Source of the DNA: Candidatus Latescibacterota bacterium
Lineage (GTDB): Bacteria; Latescibacterota; UBA2968; UBA8231
Length of the DNA stretch: 64,000 nucleotides
Assembly (NCBI GenBank): GCA_964291625.2
Contig: OZ220089.1
Coordinates: forward strand, 2,112,001 to 2,176,000
Direction: 5' to 3'
Shown here: positions 40,601 through 49,242 of the stretch, piece by piece
How positions within the stretch are numbered: position 1 is the first letter of the stretch
Layout of the letters: each line of letters starts with the position of its first letter
Notes under the pieces: model-generated
The model's input: the letters and a program-made list of their open reading frames with translations, nothing else
Told to the model about the DNA's origin: nothing
The model's database searches: none
Position numbers and translations under genes: made by a program

Positions 40601-43600
40601 GCCACCCCTTGCTGGGCGTCCGCCACGAGTCCGCCCGCGGGGAGCTCACCTTCGAGTCGGAGGTCTTTCCTTCAGATCCGGGGTGGATGGACGATCACAA
40701 GGTCTTCGGCCGGATCGTGGCGCCGGGGGCGCTCTACGGCGCCATGGCGGCATCCGCCTCCTTCCTCGAGGGAGTCGGGCCGGTGGTCGTGGAGGACCTG
40801 CAGTTGCACAACCCGCTGGTCTTCGAGGAGGACGACGAGACGGGGGAAGAGGGACGCAAGGTGCAGGTCGTGCTCGACGCTTCCGAGCAGGCGTCGTCGC
40901 GCGGGGTCCAGATCTTCAGCAAGGGCAGCAAAGAGGAGTGGACGGTCCACGTGGAGGGCCGCGTGTCGTCGGGTGCCCCTGTTCCGGAAGCTGGCGGGCG
41001 CATCGACCTGGAAGGTTTGAAGGCCGGCCTGTCGCCGGTGGACGTGGCCGGCTACTACCGCCACAGGGCGAGCACCGGCGTCGATCTCGGTCCGTCCTTC
41101 CGCACCCTCGGCAGGGCCTGGTCCCGCCCGGGCGAGGCCTTGGGAGAGGTCTCCCTGCCCGAAGCCCTGACCAGGCACGGACTCGATCTCCATCCCCTGG
41201 TGCTGGACGGTTGCTTCCAGGTCGTGGGCGTGGCCCGCAACCTGGCCGGCGCCGAGGGCGGGGCCACGTACCTGCCCTTCGGTTGGGAGCGGCTGTGGCT
41301 GACGGGGCGGCTGCCCGACCGGGTCGTCTGCCACGTGCGCCTGAACGACGCCTCGGTCGACGCCGAGACCGGCCCGGGGGAGCCCGCCGAGGTCCTGAGC
41401 GGCGAGCTGCGCATCTACGATCCGAACGGGGCGCCCCTCGGCGGCATCAGCGGGTACACGGTGAAGCGGGCGACGCCGGAAGCCCTGCTCTCGGCCGTCG
41501 AAGGGGTGAAGGACCTCCTCTACGAGGTGGTGTGGCGGGAGCGCGGCCTTCCACCCGGAGTGACACCCGCGGACTTCTTCCCGGGTCCGGCAGCGGTCGC
41601 GGCCGGCTCCCAGCTGTTCGCTGGATACCTGACGGACGCGGGTGTCGATCCCGGCGACCGGGACACCCTGCTGGCGGACCTGGAGCGATGGTCCTGGTCC
41701 CGGGCCCTGGCGACCCTGGAAGAGTTGGGTTGGGAGCGCAGGCCCGGCGCCGCCGTGGATCCCGAGGACCTGCGGCAGCAGCTCGATGTCATCCCGGAGC
41801 ACGGGCGGCTCTTTCGCCGGATGCTGGAAATGCTCGCCAGATCCGGGGTGCTGGAGGAAAGGGACGACGGTTTCGCCGTGGTCCTGGGGCCCGGGGATCC
41901 GCTGCCGGAGGAGATGCCGGGCGATCTCGAAGCCTTCGCCTCCCGGCTGGCCGAACAGCAGCCCCACGGCCTCACCGAGATCGGGCTCTTCCGCCGCTCC
42001 GGCGGCGCCCTGGCCGAGGTGCTGCGCGGCAACGAGGACCCCCTGACGCTGCTCTTCAGCAGCGGCGAGCCGACCGCGGCTGACCTGTACCTGAAGGCAC
42101 CCGTGGCGCGCGCGGCCAACCAGATGCTGGCCGAGGCGGTCCGGACGCTGGTGGCCGCCCTGCCCGAGGGGCGGCGCCTGCGGGTGATCGAGGTCGGCGC
42201 GGGTACCGGGTCGGCGACCGCCTCCGTGCTGCCCGAGCTTCCCGAAGGCCGGTTCGACTACGTCTACACCGACATCTCGGCGGGCTTCTTTGCCGAGGCG
42301 GAGGCGCGTTTCGGCGACCAGGGCATCGAGTACCGTCCCCTCGATGTTGAGAAGGACCCGATCGCCCAGGGTTTCGACTCCCATGGCTACGACCTGCTGA
42401 TCGCCTCCAACGTCCTGCACGCGACGCGCTTCCTGCCGGAGACCCTGGGCCATTGCCGCGACCTGCTGGCGCCGTCCGGACACCTGATCGCCCTCGAGAA
42501 CCTCAGCGGCCTGGGCTGGATGGACCTGACCTTCGGCCAGCTGGACGGCTGGTGGCGGTTCGCCGACGACTACCGCCCGCACCACGCCCTCGCGAGCCCC
42601 GCCGTGTGGCGCCAGGCCCTCGGCGACGCCGGCTTCGAGGCGGCGGAGGTACTCGGACCGGACGAGTCCGACCCGTCCCGGACACCGGACAAGGGGGTCA
42701 TCGTCGCCCAGGGTCCGGCGGAGGTGGCCGAGCCCGCCGGAGTGTGGGTTCTGGCAGCGGACCAGGGGGGGTTGGCCGCCAGGCTGGCGGACGACCTGGC
42801 GGCGCGGAACCAGACGGTGGTGCTGGCAGCCACCGAGACGCCGGAGGACGATGGTCCGGCCGCAGCCGGTCCCGGTGTCTTCAGGACCGCCGTGGAACCG
42901 GACCGGCGCGAGTCGTGGCGGGAGCTCCTCGCCGGGTTGCCGGCGGAGGGGCCTCTCGCCGGCGTCGTGCATCTCGCCGGCCTGGACGGCCACGGGGAAG
43001 GCGCCACGACCGGCGAGATCGCCGAGGACGTGAGGCGGGCGGGAGCGAGTGCGCTCGCCCTGGTGCAGGGGCTCGCCGACGCCGACGCGGTGCCCGCCAA
43101 CGGCGTCTGGATGATCACCCGCGGCGCCCAGGTGCTGGAGCGGGAGCGCGGCGGCGAGCTTTCCGGCGCGGCCCTCTGGGGCTTCGGCAAGGCGGTGGCC
43201 CGCGAAGCCGCCCACCTGCAGACGAGAATGATCGATCTGGACCCCGGCGACATGGCGCCTGCCCCCGACCTCGTCAGGGAGCTCCTGTACCCCGATTCCG
43301 AGAACCACATCGCCTACCGCGGCGGGCGCCGCCGGGCGGCGCGCCTGGTTCGGGCGGGCGCCGAGTCGGAGCGGCTCTCCCTGCCCGAGGAGCCCGACTG
43401 GGTGCTGGCTCCGGACCCGGCCGGCGTCTTCGACAGGCCGTTCGTGCAGCCCCTGCCGGCGCGCTCCCTCGAGCCGAAGGAAGTCCGCGTCGCCGTCGAG
43501 GCGGCGGGGCTCAACTTCTGGGACGTATTCCGCTCCCTCGGCTTCATCGAGGAGGGGCTGCTGGGCCGGGAGATGTGCGGCCGCATCCTCGAGGTGGGTT

Positions 43601-46600
43601 CCGAGGTGTCGACCGTCTCCATCGGCGACCTCGTCGTCGGACTGGGGTTCGGCGCCTTCGGAGCGCAGATGATCACCCGGGAGGAGCTGGTGGCCCCCGC
43701 GCCGGCGGGATTCTCGCTCACCGGGCTCGCCACGGTGCCGAGCGCCTTCGTCTCGGCGGCGCTCTCCTTCGAGCTCTCGGGGCTGGAGGCCGGCGAGCGG
43801 GTCCTGATTCACGCCGGCGCCGGCGGCGTCGGCCTGGCGGCCATCCAGTGGGTGCAGGCCGCCGGCGCCGAGGTCTTCGCCACCGCCAGCGCCCCGAAGC
43901 AGGCCTATCTCCGGTCGCTGGGTGTCGAGCACATCTTCGACAGCCGGCAGACCGGCTTCGGCGAGGAGATCCTCGAAGCCACGGGCGGCGCGGGCGTGGA
44001 CGTGGTGCTCAACAGCCTGACGGGAGAGGGCTTCATCGAGGCCAGTCTCTCCTGCCTCCGGCAGGGCGGCCGCTTCGTGGAGATGGCCCGGCGGGACATC
44101 CTGAGCGAGGAGGAGATGGCCGCCGTCCGTCCCGACGTGAGCTACGCCATCCTGGAGTTGGATGTCCTGAAGAAGACCGAACCCGCGTGGGTGGGGAGGG
44201 TCCTGCGGGGGGTGATGGAGCGCCTCACGGCGGGAGAGCTGAAGCCGATCGTCCACAGCAGGTGGCCCCTCGCCGAGGCCGGGGCCGCCCTGAGCTTCAT
44301 GCGCTCCGCCCGGCACATGGGCAAGATCGTGGTGACTCCGCCGCCGCTCGTGAAGGGCCGGTTGCGCCAGGACCGGACCTACCTGGTGACCGGCGGTCTG
44401 GGCGGGATCGGCTGCGCCGTGGCCGGCTGGCTCGCCGACCACGGAGCCGGGGCCATCGTGCTGAACGGACGACGGGCGCCGGACGCCGAGGCCGAGGAGA
44501 CGATCCGCGGCCTGCGGGAACGGGGCCTGACGGTGCAGGTGGAGCTCGCGGATGTGACCGACGCCGCCGCCATCGATCAGATGCTGGCGCGGATCGATGC
44601 CGCGCTGCCGCCCCTCGGGGGTGTGATCCACAGTGTCGGAGTGCTGTCGGACGGCGCCCTCACCAACCAGAGCTGGGAGCGGTTCGAGACGGTCCTCTGG
44701 CCGAAGATCATCGGCGGCTGGCACCTGCACCGGGCGACGGCCGACCGCGACCTGGATCTCTTCATCCTGTTCTCGAGCCGCGTCGGAGTCATGGGCAATC
44801 CCGGCCAGGCGAATCACGCCGCGGCGAATGCGTTCCTGGATCAGCTCGCCGCTCACCGGCGCGCCCTGGGGCTCCCCGGACAGGCGATCGCCTGGGGCGC
44901 CTGGTCCGAGATCGGCGAGGCCGCCGAGCAACGGGACCGGATCGACCGCCAGCGGACCGCGCTCGGAGGCCGCTGGTTCACCCCGCAGCAGGGCATGCGG
45001 GCCTTCGACCAGCTGGTGCGCCAGGACGTGACGACCTCCGTGGTGATGTCGATGGACTGGTCGGTCTTCGCCGAGGCGGTGGATGAGCGTCCCCCGCTGC
45101 TGGAGGACCTGCTGGCGGCCGCCTCGGACGACGAAGCCGACGCCCCCGCCTCGTCGGAGGACCTGCTCTCCAGTCTGCCGGAGGCAACGGAGGCCCGCGA
45201 GGAGCTGCTCGCCTCCTTCCTGCAGCAGGAGCTGCAGGCGGTGCTGCGGCTGTCGACGACGCCGGAGCCGACGGTGGGATTCTTCGATCTGGGGATGGAC
45301 TCGCTCATGGCGGTGGAGCTGCGAAACCGCCTGAACCGCGCCTTCGCCGACCAGTACGTCGTGCCCAACACCGTGGTCTTCGACTACCCGGACATCGCCA
45401 GTCTCGCCCGGCATCTGGCCGGCGAGCTCGGCGGCGCCGGCAGCGCGCCCGCCCCTCAGGCGGAGGCGCTGCCCGAGCCGGCGACGGAGGCGATGCCCCG
45501 GCGCGACGAGGACGGCATCGCCATCGTCGGCATGGCATGCCGGTTCCCCGGCGCCCCGGATATCCCGGCCTTCTGGCGCCAGCTCGAGGCGGGTGAGGAC
45601 GCCGTGACGGACGGCCGCGGGGATTCCGGTTCCTGGGGCGATCTCGCCGAGGACCTCCCCTCTGAGTACGCCGCCTACCGCCAGGGCGGGTTCGTGGAAG
45701 GGATCGAGCAGTTCGACTCGCGATTCTTCCGGATCGCGCCGATCGAGGCGCGGTTGATGGATCCGCGGCAACGGATGCTCCTCGAGACGAGCTGGCAGGC
45801 CTTCGAGGACGCGGGGGTGGACCCGGACCGGTTGCGGGGCAGCCGCACCGGGATCTATGCAGGCATTGGCACCAGCGAGTACCGGGACCTGATGACCGGC
45901 GGCGACCATGGCGTCAGCTATCTCGGCACCGCCGGAAGCATGACCGTGGGCCGGGTCTCCTTCGCCCTGGGTCTGGAGGGGCCGACGATCCCGGTGGAGC
46001 TCAACTGCGCGTCCTCATTGGTGGCGGTGCACTATGCGGTCTCGGCCCTGAGGCAGGGCGAGGTGGACATGGCCCTGGTCGGAGGCGCCCACGCCGTCCT
46101 GTCGCCCGATCTGACCCGGGAGATGGCCGAGCTGGGGATGTTGTCGCCGAGCGGGCGATGCAGGGCCTTCGACGCCGCCGCGGACGGCTTCGTGCGCGGC
46201 GAGGGCTGCGGCATGGTCGTCCTGAAGCGGCTGAGCGAGGCCGAGGCCGACGGCGACCGCATCTGGGGGGTCATCCTCGGATCGGCGGTCAACCAGAACG
46301 GGGCGAGTGCCGGACCGACGGTGCCGAATGGACCGGCCCAGGAGCGGGCCATCGAAGAGGCCCTGGCCCGGGGGAACGTCGACCCTTCGGAGATCGACTA
46401 CCTGGAGGCCCATGGGGCCGGATCGGAGCTGGGCGACCCGATCGAGGTGCAGGCTGCCGCGGCCGTGTACGGCAGGGGGCGCGCGGAGGACCGCCCGCTG
46501 CTGATCGGCTCGGTGAAGACCAATATCGGCCACCTGGAGCCGGCGGCCGGGGTCGCCAGCCTGATCAAGACCGTGCTGGCCATGAGGCGGAGGCTGATCC

Positions 46601-48036
46601 CCGGGAACCTGCACTTCCACGACCCGAACCCCCACCTGGACTGGGACAGGCTCCCCGTGAGGGTTGTGTCCGCCATGACCGACTGGCCGAGCCATCCCGG
46701 ACGGCCGCCGCGGGCCGGGGTGAGCGCCTTCGGGATCTCGGGAACGAACTCCCATGTGGTGGTGGAAGGGTACGGAGAGGCGGACGCCCCCGGTCCGGAG
46801 AAGGAGCCCTTGTCGGCGGGTCCCGCGCTGACCGTCGACGTCACCCTGCCCGAGCCGGTGGCGGATCTGCCGCCGCCGGAGGAAGCGGAGTTCCGGGGGC
46901 GGCCCGGCAGGTTCCTGCCTCTCTCCGGGAAGTCGGAGGGCGCCCTGCGGCACCTGGCCGCAGGATACCTCTCCTGGCTCGACCAGCGATCTGCCGAGGC
47001 CTCTTCCGACGGTGTCGCCGAGGGCCTGCTGGCGGACATGGCATGGACGGCGGGCGTGGGACGGAGCCACTTCGAACACCGCGCCGGGCTGGTCTTCGAG
47101 GACGGCGCCTCGTTGCGTGACGGGCTGCAGGCGCTCGCAGAGGCGGAGGGGAGGGCTCCGCCGCGGGCGGCGACGAAGGTCGCCTTCGCCTTCGCCGGCC
47201 AGGAGAGTCGGTGGTCCGGCATGGTCCCGTCCCTGTACGAGACCGAGCCCGTGGTCCGCGCGGTCCTCGACCGCTGTGACGCCGAGCTCCGGCAGGGGCA
47301 GGGCGCCTCGCTCCTCGAGGAGGTCCTCGGCGGGGAGGGGGCCGGGGATCCGGCGTCGACGCCGGCGGCCCTCTACGCGGTGGAGTGCGCCCTCACGGCC
47401 CTGTGGTCGAGCGTGGGGATCCGGCCGGGGGTAGTGGTCGGCCACGGCCTCGGGGAGCTGGCCGCCGCGCAGGCGGCGGGGGTCTTCGGCGTCGAGGAGG
47501 GCCTGCGGCTGGCGGCGGCCCTGGGAGCGGAGGGTGGACCGGCCTCCCCGGACGGCCCCGAGGCAGCCCTTGGCGGCATCGCCCTGGCGCCTCCTGCCAT
47601 CTCCCTGGTGAGCGGTGCGAACGGGCGGGTGCTGACGTTGGCCGACGAGCTCGACGGGGCCCTCTGGCACCGGCAGGCCCAGGAGCCGGCCGCCTTCGAC
47701 CGCTGCGCCGAGGCACTGGCCGGACTGGGCGTGCAGGTCGTCGTGGAGATCGGCCCCGACGCGGTGCTCGGACCGATGGTGGCCGCGGCCTGGCCGGGGG
47801 CGGCGGATAGTCCCGGGGCCCCAACCGTGCTCCCCTCGCTGCGGCGGGATTCGGAGCCTTGCGGCGGCTTTGTGGCGGCCGTTGCGGGAGCCTACGAGGC
47901 GGGCCTGGCGGTCTCCTTTCCGGGGTTGTTCTCCGGGGAGACGAGGCGGCGAGTCTCCCTGCCGGGCTATCCGTTCCAGCGCCGCCGCCACTGGATCCGG
48001 GCGCCGGGGATATCAGCTCCCGGGCCGGGGGCCTGA
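37696..48036 (+). CDS. supA: Type I PKS/FAS, SupA-like: KS-AT-DH-cMT-ER-KR-ACP-KS-AT(inactive)
   Basis: KS1 DAACASS/HGTGT/GHLE. AT1 GHSIG...AFHS. DH HPLLG and H....G..PG. MT EVGAGTG. ER LIHAGAGGVG. KR GGLGGIG. ACP GMDSL. KS2 ELNCASS. AT2 GHGLG. Start chosen after GGAGGAG. Confidence 0.93.
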   Translation: MSSETGGTGRRDGSSDLHRESPTPTEAGSRQASRSAEPIAIVGMACRFPGATGIPAFWRLLEEGGNAVRERVPGSAAGRWEQLFSEGTVQSEGCRYGAFIDDIDLFDAEFFRISPVEAQLLDPQQRLMLETSWQALEDAGIDPDGLKGSLTGVYTGISNDEYRMLVLESSRPAEAAGCLYALSGTNLNGAAGRVSFVMGLMGPAKAVDAACASSLVSVHDAVADLQQGKADLAIAGGVQALLNGHIYELRADAMMLSPDGQCKTFDASANGYVRGEGCGVVVLKRLSEAEADGDRIWAVIRGAAVNNGGASVGLTVPNTPALEQVMDAALAEAGIPPSEVDYLEAHGTGTTVGDPIEINAVTAVYGRERQPDHPLLVGSVKTNIGHLESAAGVAGLIKAALVLKRGVIPKHLHFQDPEPSVDWDRLPVRITSEMMDWPRRGWPRVAGVNSFGISGTNAHLVVEEYADPDAASSGDQAPGLPKAVAVQVPAALADLPLAEQEVEPRRSRILPLSAKSDGALRDLGQLYLSWLDEHAGTDGSECESLLADMAWTAGVGRSHFTHRAGVVFGDLASLREGLAPLAESGTSPAARTPARIAFVYTGQGSQWVDMGRALYESEPVARVVLDRCEAVFRDERGGSLLDVMFGRDGGEGELGDTAWEQPALYALECALTALWSSLGVRPDVVVGHSIGELAASQTAGVFSLEDGMRFAAVRGRLMSQMAEGGMAAVFAPAERVAPAVEAVNAASTGPGLSISGYNGSHQVVSGPVPGIEAISKQFDQEGIRVRRLNTTKAFHSALVEPILDELEAFFEGVAVQPPALAVVSNLTGRAVEAGQAQDGAYWRRHAREPVAFAQGVRTLAELGVDAVLEIGPRSVLAPMAASAWPESPSAPAPVVLSSLSPPSGGTEESGSAHDGFLGAVAEAYQAGLPIRFAGLFAGESRRRISLPGYPFQREHHWVEAPRGQSRSSGHPLLGVRHESARGELTFESEVFPSDPGWMDDHKVFGRIVAPGALYGAMAASASFLEGVGPVVVEDLQLHNPLVFEEDDETGEEGRKVQVVLDASEQASSRGVQIFSKGSKEEWTVHVEGRVSSGAPVPEAGGRIDLEGLKAGLSPVDVAGYYRHRASTGVDLGPSFRTLGRAWSRPGEALGEVSLPEALTRHGLDLHPLVLDGCFQVVGVARNLAGAEGGATYLPFGWERLWLTGRLPDRVVCHVRLNDASVDAETGPGEPAEVLSGELRIYDPNGAPLGGISGYTVKRATPEALLSAVEGVKDLLYEVVWRERGLPPGVTPADFFPGPAAVAAGSQLFAGYLTDAGVDPGDRDTLLADLERWSWSRALATLEELGWERRPGAAVDPEDLRQQLDVIPEHGRLFRRMLEMLARSGVLEERDDGFAVVLGPGDPLPEEMPGDLEAFASRLAEQQPHGLTEIGLFRRSGGALAEVLRGNEDPLTLLFSSGEPTAADLYLKAPVARAANQMLAEAVRTLVAALPEGRRLRVIEVGAGTGSATASVLPELPEGRFDYVYTDISAGFFAEAEARFGDQGIEYRPLDVEKDPIAQGFDSHGYDLLIASNVLHATRFLPETLGHCRDLLAPSGHLIALENLSGLGWMDLTFGQLDGWWRFADDYRPHHALASPAVWRQALGDAGFEAAEVLGPDESDPSRTPDKGVIVAQGPAEVAEPAGVWVLAADQGGLAARLADDLAARNQTVVLAATETPEDDGPAAAGPGVFRTAVEPDRRESWRELLAGLPAEGPLAGVVHLAGLDGHGEGATTGEIAEDVRRAGASALALVQGLADADAVPANGVWMITRGAQVLERERGGELSGAALWGFGKAVAREAAHLQTRMIDLDPGDMAPAPDLVRELLYPDSENHIAYRGGRRRAARLVRAGAESERLSLPEEPDWVLAPDPAGVFDRPFVQPLPARSLEPKEVRVAVEAAGLNFWDVFRSLGFIEEGLLGREMCGRILEVGSEVSTVSIGDLVVGLGFGAFGAQMITREELVAPAPAGFSLTGLATVPSAFVSAALSFELSGLEAGERVLIHAGAGGVGLAAIQWVQAAGAEVFATASAPKQAYLRSLGVEHIFDSRQTGFGEEILEATGGAGVDVVLNSLTGEGFIEASLSCLRQGGRFVEMARRDILSEEEMAAVRPDVSYAILELDVLKKTEPAWVGRVLRGVMERLTAGELKPIVHSRWPLAEAGAALSFMRSARHMGKIVVTPPPLVKGRLRQDRTYLVTGGLGGIGCAVAGWLADHGAGAIVLNGRRAPDAEAEETIRGLRERGLTVQVELADVTDAAAIDQMLARIDAALPPLGGVIHSVGVLSDGALTNQSWERFETVLWPKIIGGWHLHRATADRDLDLFILFSSRVGVMGNPGQANHAAANAFLDQLAAHRRALGLPGQAIAWGAWSEIGEAAEQRDRIDRQRTALGGRWFTPQQGMRAFDQLVRQDVTTSVVMSMDWSVFAEAVDERPPLLEDLLAAASDDEADAPASSEDLLSSLPEATEAREELLASFLQQELQAVLRLSTTPEPTVGFFDLGMDSLMAVELRNRLNRAFADQYVVPNTVVFDYPDIASLARHLAGELGGAGSAPAPQAEALPEPATEAMPRRDEDGIAIVGMACRFPGAPDIPAFWRQLEAGEDAVTDGRGDSGSWGDLAEDLPSEYAAYRQGGFVEGIEQFDSRFFRIAPIEARLMDPRQRMLLETSWQAFEDAGVDPDRLRGSRTGIYAGIGTSEYRDLMTGGDHGVSYLGTAGSMTVGRVSFALGLEGPTIPVELNCASSLVAVHYAVSALRQGEVDMALVGGAHAVLSPDLTREMAELGMLSPSGRCRAFDAAADGFVRGEGCGMVVLKRLSEAEADGDRIWGVILGSAVNQNGASAGPTVPNGPAQERAIEEALARGNVDPSEIDYLEAHGAGSELGDPIEVQAAAAVYGRGRAEDRPLLIGSVKTNIGHLEPAAGVASLIKTVLAMRRRLIPGNLHFHDPNPHLDWDRLPVRVVSAMTDWPSHPGRPPRAGVSAFGISGTNSHVVVEGYGEADAPGPEKEPLSAGPALTVDVTLPEPVADLPPPEEAEFRGRPGRFLPLSGKSEGALRHLAAGYLSWLDQRSAEASSDGVAEGLLADMAWTAGVGRSHFEHRAGLVFEDGASLRDGLQALAEAEGRAPPRAATKVAFAFAGQESRWSGMVPSLYETEPVVRAVLDRCDAELRQGQGASLLEEVLGGEGAGDPASTPAALYAVECALTALWSSVGIRPGVVVGHGLGELAAAQAAGVFGVEEGLRLAAALGAEGGPASPDGPEAALGGIALAPPAISLVSGANGRVLTLADELDGALWHRQAQEPAAFDRCAEALAGLGVQVVVEIGPDAVLGPMVAAAWPGAADSPGAPTVLPSLRRDSEPCGGFVAAVAGAYEAGLAVSFPGLFSGETRRRVSLPGYPFQRRRHWIRAPGISAPGPGA

Positions 48037-48039
48037 CCA

Positions 48040-48069
48040 TTGACCCCCTACCGCCCTTCATGTTAAGGT
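48040..48069 (+). promoter_or_regulatory. Putative internal promoter upstream of the free ACP gene
   Basis: TTGACC-N18-TAAGGT with a TG extended -10 element, in a locally AT-richer gap. Confidence 0.4.
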
Positions 48070-48125
48070 TTGAGCTTCCGTTTTCTCGATGCCATTCACC
48101 CTTGAAGACAAGGAAGGAGAATCAC

Positions 48126-48371
48126 ATGGCTTCGACCTCGGACCGCCTGCGACAACTGATCGCCGAGAACCTGGAGGTAGACGGGCAGGCAATCGACGTT
48201 CCGGCTGATCTCGGTATCAGCCTCCTCGACGCGGGCGTCTCCTCTACCGATCTCGTGGCTTTCGCGAAGGTGGTCGCCCAGGAGTTCGACGTCACCTTCA
48301 CCATCGAACATTGCACGCAGCTCAAGAGCCTGCGCGAGGTGGTCGAGTTCATCGATAGCAAGGCTGGCTGA
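48126..48371 (+). CDS. supB: Stand-alone acyl carrier protein (SupB-like)
   Basis: 81-aa acidic protein with 'DAGVSSTDL' phosphopantetheine-site region and an AAGGAG RBS. Confidence 0.85.
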   Translation: MASTSDRLRQLIAENLEVDGQAIDVPADLGISLLDAGVSSTDLVAFAKVVAQEFDVTFTIEHCTQLKSLREVVEFIDSKAG

Positions 48372-48477
48372 CCCCTTCTCGACAAGGGAGGACCGGTCTT
48401 CCAGCCAGAACCTGCGGCGTCCCCGTCCGGCGGTCTTTCCGCTGGAACGGGGACCGCCGCCGCCCGGCCCCGCACCG

Positions 48478-49242
48478 GTGCGGCACCCACGACATTCAAC
48501 CCCCGCGTCCCCTGCCGGGCGCTGGTGGCAACCTTTCCGAAGGATCGGTAACGCCGCCGTCACTTACGTCGATCTCTCGCCTCATGATGCCCGCGAGGCG
48601 GCCGCTCTCGCCTGCCTCGACCCGGAGGAGTCCTCGCGCTGGCGACGCTTCCAGCACCCCGGTCCTCGCCGCCGGTTCGCCTTCTGCCGCGCCGCCCTCC
48701 GAGCCCTTCTCTGTGATCGACTCGGCTGCGCGAACGGAGAGCTCGCCTTCGCCGCCAACAGCCAGGGAAAGCCTTTTGCCGTGGTCGATGGAACCCCGGC
48801 GGCCATCAGCTTCAACGTGAGCCACGGAGGCCGGCATGGATTGATCGCCGTGGCGCCGAGTGGCCGGCTCGGCGTGGACGTGGAGGAGCGCGCCGCCCGC
48901 CGCGATCTCGACGGCCTCATCGGCACCGCCTTCGCCCCGAACGAAAGGGCCGACCTCGCAGCCCTTCGCGGAAGCCGCAAGCTCCACGCCTTCTACCGCG
49001 TCTGGACGATGAAGGAAGCACTGCTGAAGGCCCTGGGCACAGGCCTCTCCCGGGACATGTCCGGGTTCGAGATCCCCACGCCCCTGCGCCGCGGCATGAC
49101 GACGGAGACCTTCCGGTTTCCCTGGATGCCGGAAGTCGGCTGGAGGCTGCTGGATCTGGGCACCGATGACTTCGCCGCCGCCATCGCCCATGAACTGCCC
49201 CGGGATGAGGAGACGGGGATGCTCCCCGAGGCTGCGACTTGA
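48478..49242 (+). CDS. supC: Sfp-type 4'-phosphopantetheinyl transferase (SupC-like)
   Basis: 'GKP', 'FNVSH', 'LGVDVE' and 'WTMKEALLKALGTGL'. Confidence 0.92.
   Translation: MRHPRHSTPASPAGRWWQPFRRIGNAAVTYVDLSPHDAREAAALACLDPEESSRWRRFQHPGPRRRFAFCRAALRALLCDRLGCANGELAFAANSQGKPFAVVDGTPAAISFNVSHGGRHGLIAVAPSGRLGVDVEERAARRDLDGLIGTAFAPNERADLAALRGSRKLHAFYRVWTMKEALLKALGTGLSRDMSGFEIPTPLRRGMTTETFRFPWMPEVGWRLLDLGTDDFAAAIAHELPRDEETGMLPEAAT

Noticed and set aside
26861-45909. Very long antisense or alternative-frame ORFs (e.g. 26861..30157, 37623..42083, 40672..45909)
   Set aside because: These are shadow ORFs expected at high GC. They are Arg/Gly/Pro-rich, have no motifs, and overlap well-supported genes.
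38521-46267. Repeated DNA within the PKS as a mobile element or misassembly
   Set aside because: The repeats match conserved KS/AT motifs of two diverged paralogous domains in a single open frame.
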